Source: an uncultured Lachnospiraceae bacterium (GTDB lineage Bacteria > Bacillota > Clostridia > Lachnospirales > Lachnospiraceae). Taken from it: DNA of 64,000 nt. Below the pieces are notes generated by a model. That model did no database searches and was not told the origin of the DNA. It saw only the letters and a program-made list of their open reading frames with translations. Location: the NCBI GenBank assembly GCA_945949045.1, contig CAMFDG010000005.1:3192-67191 (forward strand), in the 5' to 3' direction. Numbering within the stretch: position 1 is the stretch's first letter; the number at the start of each line of letters is the position of its first letter. Made by a program: the position numbers and the translations under genes. Positions 58,652 to 64,000 of the stretch are shown piece by piece.

Positions 58652-60199
58652 TTAAAAATTCATATGGGAAATATATAACTCCTGGAAATCGGGATGCGAG
58701 GACAGTTCCAGATAGCGCATCCCCTTTTGAATTTCCGTAAGCTTTTCTCTTGCTGCACGGCTTACTGCAGCAGAGACAGCTCCGGCTCCGGCTGCATTGC
58801 CTACGGCAATGGTTACCGTGAGAAGTTCCTTCGGGATCAATCCGATCGCGGCAGCACTCTCCGGTGCCAGATAACTGCCAAAACCGCCTGCCAGCACCAG
58901 CCGGTCCACATCCTGATACGCGGTGTTCCGCTCACGAAATAAAATTTCAATTCCTGCTGCAATCGCAGCCTTGGCAAGCTGAAGATTACGAATATCCTCC
59001 TGTGTCACGCAGACCCCGTCTGCCAGATAGATGCAGGCTTCCTTTTCATACTCTCCCAGATATTTCCGGCAGGCCACTGAAACCTCCTTTGATTCACGGA
59101 TCCTCCCCTCTGCATCAATCAGACCCAGTTTTAAAAAAACCGATAGTGCGTCCAGAAGCCCCGAACCACAGATTCCTGTCGCTTTCGTATCACCGATTAC
59201 CTGCACACGGATTCTTCTTTGATCCAGATATACATGGGCAATGGCTCCCTTCTTTGCCGGCATTCCCATCACGATCTGGGCTCCTTCAAAGGCCGGACCT
59301 GCCGCAGCTGCCAGACAGACATAATCTCCTTTGCTGCCAAGAACCATCTCCCCGTTGGTTCCAATGTCCAAAAGCAGAAGTTCTTCCTCTTCATGCCCCG
59401 GTGTCACTGCCAGCAGATCTGCCGTGATATCTCCTCCTACATACCCCGAAACAGACGGTGCGATGTAAATTTCTTTACATTTCCTGATTCCGATCTCTTC
59501 CCCGGAAAAAATTGTTCCAAAATATTGCTCCGGCAGAAACGGCGCCTTCCCTATGGGTTCCGGAGATATACCGGCCAACAGATGACACATAACGGTATTG
59601 CCTGCAACCGCAAGCCGGTCTATTACAGGGTTGGTTACTGCTGATACAGGATCCTCATAATTGTCCTGATTGGGCTCTGCTTTACTTTTGTCAGCCTGTA
59701 TATACAATTTATTCAACATATGGGAAATCTGCTCCGTAATTTGTGCATGAAGCTCTGCCAGCCTTCCCTCTTTTGCCGCCTGGATCCTGGAGATCACATC
59801 TGCCCCAAAGCTTTTCTGCGCATTCGTCTCACTTGCCGTTGCAAGGATCCGTCCGCTTTTCCCGTCAATCAAATGACAGACCACAGTTGTTGTTCCAATG
59901 TCACATGCAGCAACCAGTTTATCTGTCCCGTCTGCAGCATAAGGAATACATGCACTTCCCTCTGCAATCTGTTCCTGTCCATCTTCACCCGGAATCGTTA
60001 CTACCATTCCATCTTTTGCCTCAGTGGTGCAAGCTAAAACATCCCTTTCCTGCCCCTCTATATGCACGCTGCATTTTCCACAGCGTCCCCTTCCTCCACA
60101 AGGAGTCGGCACGCTGGTAATCCCGCACTCGTGCAGGACTTCAAGAATTGTCTGTTTCTTTTCCGGGTCTGTCTTTAATCGAATCTGCATCTCTTTCAC
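58652..60199 (-). CDS. RACo/ASKHA-family 2Fe-2S reductive activator of corrinoid proteins
   Basis: CGGRGRCGKC..LAC, DIGTTT, GADVISRI, DIGTNGE, AAGPAFEG, GICGSG, AGGFG, GNAA. Confidence 0.9.
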   Translation of the reverse strand: MKEMQIRLKTDPEKKQTILEVLHECGITSVPTPCGGRGRCGKCSVHIEGQERDVLACTTEAKDGMVVTIPGEDGQEQIAEGSACIPYAADGTDKLVAACDIGTTTVVCHLIDGKSGRILATASETNAQKSFGADVISRIQAAKEGRLAELHAQITEQISHMLNKLYIQADKSKAEPNQDNYEDPVSAVTNPVIDRLAVAGNTVMCHLLAGISPEPIGKAPFLPEQYFGTIFSGEEIGIRKCKEIYIAPSVSGYVGGDITADLLAVTPGHEEEELLLLDIGTNGEMVLGSKGDYVCLAAAAGPAFEGAQIVMGMPAKKGAIAHVYLDQRRIRVQVIGDTKATGICGSGLLDALSVFLKLGLIDAEGRIRESKEVSVACRKYLGEYEKEACIYLADGVCVTQEDIRNLQLAKAAIAAGIEILFRERNTAYQDVDRLVLAGGFGSYLAPESAAAIGLIPKELLTVTIAVGNAAGAGAVSAAVSRAAREKLTEIQKGMRYLELSSHPDFQELYISHMNF

Positions 60200-60299
60200 T
60201 TACCTTCGCATTGGAACTGGCTTCCAAAATTCTTTCCACTCAGTATACTGTAATAAACTGATTTTCGCAAGCCCCGGCCTGTTTTCATCTCAGCTTGAA

Positions 60300-61568
60300 C
60301 TACTCCAACTGCGTCATTCCTCCAAGCAAAATCCCCACATTATCCGCGTAAATCTTGTCAAACTGCTCCATTGGCAGCGGATTTTCCCCTTCTCCTGCCT
60401 CTATCGTATAACCAGGCCGGTTATACTCCTGAATAAACCAGTCCTTATAACCTGCATAAGCAGATGCCGAAGGCGTCTCCTCCACCCGGTACCCGCTGAC
60501 ACTGGAAAAATATTCGGCAATCTCCCGGGAGCCTTCCGGGTTATAATCCAGAAATCGCCAGTAAATGACCTCTCCCTGTGTGTGATAGGCGAGAATCAAG
60601 GCAAAATCGCGACTTCTTGTAAAATGATACATGGCAATACTCTCCGGTGTACTAAGTGGTGTCATCCCCACATAATCCCGTGGAGCCGGCTTCACATACC
60701 CCTGCTCATACTTGATTCGCTTGGCCTCTTCCCATCCAGCCGGAAATTGAAGATTAAGATCTACTCCCTGTATATTGGCCTTCCAGCCATCCGGAAACGG
60801 AATCTGGGGAAAATCCCGTGCAATCCGGGCTGCCTGCCTGTAGAATCGTCCGCTGTCCAACAGCCCATTGACCAGATCCACCCCATCCGGATTGACGAGA
60901 GGAATCAGATAGAGGGAAAATTCTTCGAAGAGATGCTCCGGATAGACATCCCTGTAGGTTTCCTCCTTTGCATAAGCATCTAACAGTCCCTCCGCAAATT
61001 TTAATAATAACGGCGTCGTAATATTTTCATTTGCATGGAACGAGGCATTATAAGTCACCTCCGTGGGACCATTCCCGAGTTTTAAGTACCAGAGTGGGCT
61101 TCCCATCACACTCTGACCGATTTTTCCCGTCTCCAGATACGGATAACGTGCCTGCAGTCCCTCCACGATCCACTCCACCAGCTGTGAAGAATAGGGGACA
61201 TCCGTCGCCACCAGAGGAAAGGGAAGGGGCACCACAAGAATACTCCCAACCATAAGATTGTCGGCACTTATCCCCGGATTTGCCTCCTGAATTGCCGTCT
61301 CTGTCGTCCCGTGCATCTGTGCGATTTTATACAAACTGTCCCCCGCAGCCACTGTGTGCGCCACATATCCCTTTAAATACGGAAGCAGCAGATTCCACTG
61401 TGCATCCCCAACTGCACAATGTCCACTGCTGCCCGTTACCTGCTCCACTGCCGCGCAGGTCTTCGGGCCAAAGATTCCGTCTACTGCCACCTGCTGTCCT
61501 GCCCGACGCAGAGCCAGCTGAAGATAGCGCACAAGGATTCCCTGGTCCCCCGGATATAATTCTCTCAT
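60300..61568 (-). CDS. M14 gamma-D-glutamyl-meso-DAP peptidase with PG-binding and LysM domains
   Basis: VDGIFGPKT, LysM GDSLYKIA, HANE, VNPDG, GVDLN, HTQG, TIE. Confidence 0.88.
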   Translation of the reverse strand: MRELYPGDQGILVRYLQLALRRAGQQVAVDGIFGPKTCAAVEQVTGSSGHCAVGDAQWNLLLPYLKGYVAHTVAAGDSLYKIAQMHGTTETAIQEANPGISADNLMVGSILVVPLPFPLVATDVPYSSQLVEWIVEGLQARYPYLETGKIGQSVMGSPLWYLKLGNGPTEVTYNASFHANENITTPLLLKFAEGLLDAYAKEETYRDVYPEHLFEEFSLYLIPLVNPDGVDLVNGLLDSGRFYRQAARIARDFPQIPFPDGWKANIQGVDLNLQFPAGWEEAKRIKYEQGYVKPAPRDYVGMTPLSTPESIAMYHFTRSRDFALILAYHTQGEVIYWRFLDYNPEGSREIAEYFSSVSGYRVEETPSASAYAGYKDWFIQEYNRPGYTIEAGEGENPLPMEQFDKIYADNVGILLGGMTQLE

Positions 61569-61598
61569 TTTATGTCCTGCCTTATTCTCATTCTTTTT

Positions 61599-61627
61599 AT
61601 ATTATGTAGAAGCCTGGCAGAATGTGC
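61599..61627 (-). promoter_or_regulatory. Putative sigmaK promoter
   Basis: GCACA-N16-CATAATAT. Confidence 0.5.
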
Positions 61628-61779
61628 TACATTTTTTATCTGCGGAACAGATTCTAAGCTTTCCGTCCATACCTGTTAACTCTTTTGCAGGAAATTTCCC
61701 GACGCATTGATCACCCGGGAAAAATTAACGAACTCCATCACCTGCTCTGACGAGGATCTTTTTGAGCAGTATAAAGCCA

Positions 61780-62187
61780 TCATTTCAAGCTTTCATCCAG
61801 CTGATGTTCGTATTCCTTAATTGCCTCAGTGACAGTTCTATAGTCCGCAGATACCTGAGAGAAAAGCTGTTCGCACACGGCGCGATCCACCGGCACTGTA
61901 TCCCAGTGCCGCAGCAATTCTGTCAGGCTGCTGGAAGAAGTACTTAAGTTTCCAAAGCTGAAATTCAGGCTGAGTCCCTTGAGTGTATGAACCGCCCGAA
62001 AGGCCTCCCCATAGTTCTCCTCTTCCAGAGCACTACACAGATTTTGATAATTGGGATCCGCCAAAAATTTAATTACAAGCCGGGAGATCATATTCTCGTT
62101 TAGCAAACGGGCTTTAACGTCCTGATAATCTCCACCAAATTTCTGATAGCATTCTTCTAACTGCATCCTGTACATCTCCGTATCCAA
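61780..62187 (-). CDS. Stand-alone Hpt domain protein
   Basis: AFRAVHTLKGLSLN phosphoacceptor His motif. Confidence 0.85.
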   Translation of the reverse strand: MDTEMYRMQLEECYQKFGGDYQDVKARLLNENMISRLVIKFLADPNYQNLCSALEEENYGEAFRAVHTLKGLSLNFSFGNLSTSSSSLTELLRHWDTVPVDRAVCEQLFSQVSADYRTVTEAIKEYEHQLDESLK

Positions 62188-62204
62188 TCATATTTTATCT
62201 TTTA

Positions 62205-64000
62205 CTATCGCAGCGTAAAGGAATCCGCCATGTGCTTTAAGCTCTGGGCACAATCGTTGAGCTGCTGGCTGATTGCGGTATTTTCCTGGGCACTGGCGGC
62301 ATTGGTCTCTACAAGGCTGGCAACCTCCTTTAATTCCGCATTAATCTCCTCAATGGCCCGCTGCTGGTTCTCCACAAATTCAACGATAGCATCCATATGC
62401 TCCTTAGACTGGATGGAATCGTTCATTCCCTTTGCAATGGTCTGGGAAGTAGCCGCAACTAATTCCTTTCCCTCTGCAACGGCAGACTGGGATTGAGCGA
62501 TCAGCTGGTTGATGTTCTGGCTTGCCTTTCCACTGGATTCTGCCAGCGCGCTGATTTCCCCCGCAACCACTGCAAATCCTCTTCCCGCCTCACCCGCCCG
62601 GGCGGCCTCGATGGATGCGTTTAAAGAAAGCAGATTCGTCTGGGAGGCAATATTCTGGATCTCACCCACAAACTCTGCGATCTCACTGTAGCAGCGCTCA
62701 ATGCTGTCCATAGCACGGACCAGCTCCTCCATCTCATTTGTGCCGGTCTCAAGATGCTCCTTGGTGGTATTGGCATTATCCTTGACACTGACAGCACGCT
62801 GTGTGATCTGTCTGGTCTGGTCTGTCAGTCGTGCCATGTTTTCCGAAACGTGAATCACCGACTCATTCTGCTGGGAGGCACTCTGGGCAACACTCTCTGT
62901 GGTCTGCCCCAGCTTGTCCGCATAATCCAAAACCCGCTCCGTTTCAATATGGATCTGGCGGAAGGACTCATTCAGATTGCTGACGATGGTCTCCAGCCCG
63001 TCCTTGATCTGCACGTAGCTTCCCCTAAATTCCCCATCGATGGAAACAGTCAGATTCTTATCCGAAATCGCCGTTACCGTATCGGAAATACTGTTGATAT
63101 AATGCTTTAAGCTGGACAGCGTCTCGTTGATGGAATCTGTCAGCCTTTCAATTTCTGTGGAGTTCTTATCTTCGTCAAATACTACCGACAAGTCTCCCTG
63201 CGCTACCTTTGTCATTTTGCCACTGATGGATTCCAGCGGCCGGAAAAGAATACTGATCTTGTTTTTCACATCTTTTCGTGTCACAGCCATAGTCACAAAA
63301 TAGATTGTCAGATTCAGTGCAAGGATGATGACAAAAAAGATGATCAGAGAATATAAGGGGCGCACGGAAACAACCTTCCATCCCGTCACCTCGGAGGTAT
63401 CACCAATACCAAACTTAACGCCGCCCTTGTAATCCAGAAAAATTCTGGTTTTCATATCCTTTTGGGTCAGAGACTGATATCTTCCGGAATTCACATCCTT
63501 AAGGGTTGGTGTACTGTCCGCAGTCAGCGCATATTTGCTGTTCGGATGTACCAGAATGGTACCATCCGCCGTTGTCAGAAACACATAGCTGCTCTTCTGG
63601 TAGCTTTTTTCAATCAAAGACACCAGATTATCCATATACATATCCATTCCCACGACACCAGCGATCTGCCCATTGCGGTAGGTTGCCTTCGCAATTGTAA
63701 TACAGATTCCACCGGTCTGCAGATCTACATATGGGTCTGAAATATAGACATGCTCCGGATCCGCCTGGGCTTTCTGATACCATTCACGCTCTGTCACAAT
63801 AAAATCAGCAGGCGGTTCCCAGCCTCCGCTCATAATCGTAATATTCTCATCATAACAGCTGTAAACCGCAGAAATCTGATCATCCATGGTCACCATAGAA
63901 TCCACATAATCCAAAACCTGCTCCTTCTCCTGAATTGTGCCGCTGCTGATTCCCGAAGCAATCGCCTCCAGCATGCTGACCTTGCTCTGCATGGCCCGGT
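62205..64000 (-). CDS. Methyl-accepting chemotaxis protein (Cache, HAMP, MA); 5' end lies outside the window
   Basis: REWY..PYVD Cache, [36 protein letters not shown]. Confidence 0.93.
   Translation of the reverse strand, partial: RAMQSKVSMLEAIASGISSGTIQEKEQVLDYVDSMVTMDDQISAVYSCYDENITIMSGGWEPPADFIVTEREWYQKAQADPEHVYISDPYVDLQTGGICITIAKATYRNGQIAGVVGMDMYMDNLVSLIEKSYQKSSYVFLTTADGTILVHPNSKYALTADSTPTLKDVNSGRYQSLTQKDMKTRIFLDYKGGVKFGIGDTSEVTGWKVVSVRPLYSLIIFFVIILALNLTIYFVTMAVTRKDVKNKISILFRPLESISGKMTKVAQGDLSVVFDEDKNSTEIERLTDSINETLSSLKHYINSISDTVTAISDKNLTVSIDGEFRGSYVQIKDGLETIVSNLNESFRQIHIETERVLDYADKLGQTTESVAQSASQQNESVIHVSENMARLTDQTRQITQRAVSVKDNANTTKEHLETGTNEMEELVRAMDSIERCYSEIAEFVGEIQNIASQTNLLSLNASIEAARAGEAGRGFAVVAGEISALAESSGKASQNINQLIAQSQSAVAEGKELVAATSQTIAKGMNDSIQSKEHMDAIVEFVENQQRAIEEINAELKEVASLVETNAASAQENTAISQQLNDCAQSLKHMADSFTLR

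Noticed and set aside
61676-61783. 35-aa ORF coupled by ATGA to the Hpt gene stop
   Set aside because: No clear RBS or motif; cannot be told from chance

Overview
64-kb core-chromosome segment of a spore-forming, motile Lachnospiraceae-like anaerobe (inferred from gene content). Almost all genes are on the minus strand. Contents: a biotin-dependent Na+-pumping decarboxylase/transcarboxylase-like operon, scpAB, cls, pnp-rpsO, tRNA-Glu(CTC), cotJABC, a four-gene uncharacterised operon (DUF5717/DUF5716-like), a P-type ATPase, nfnAB, a COG0523 GTPase pair, rpsU, alaS, spoIVA, malQ/pullulanase, a T-box-controlled trp operon in the order trpEGCFBA-D, metF, greA, uppP, a RACo protein and an MCP. I found no transposase, integrase, phage or cas gene. 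The strongest unexplained signal is non-coding: a family of 35-37 bp imperfect-hairpin units (TGGRCRY-N~22-RYGYCCA) spaced at ~71 or ~53 bp. They form an 11-unit array at 16.9-17.8 kb, and modular copies recur at 33.5 kb and, inverted and internally deleted, between trpA and trpD. Family names come from motif recognition and recall; no searches were run.
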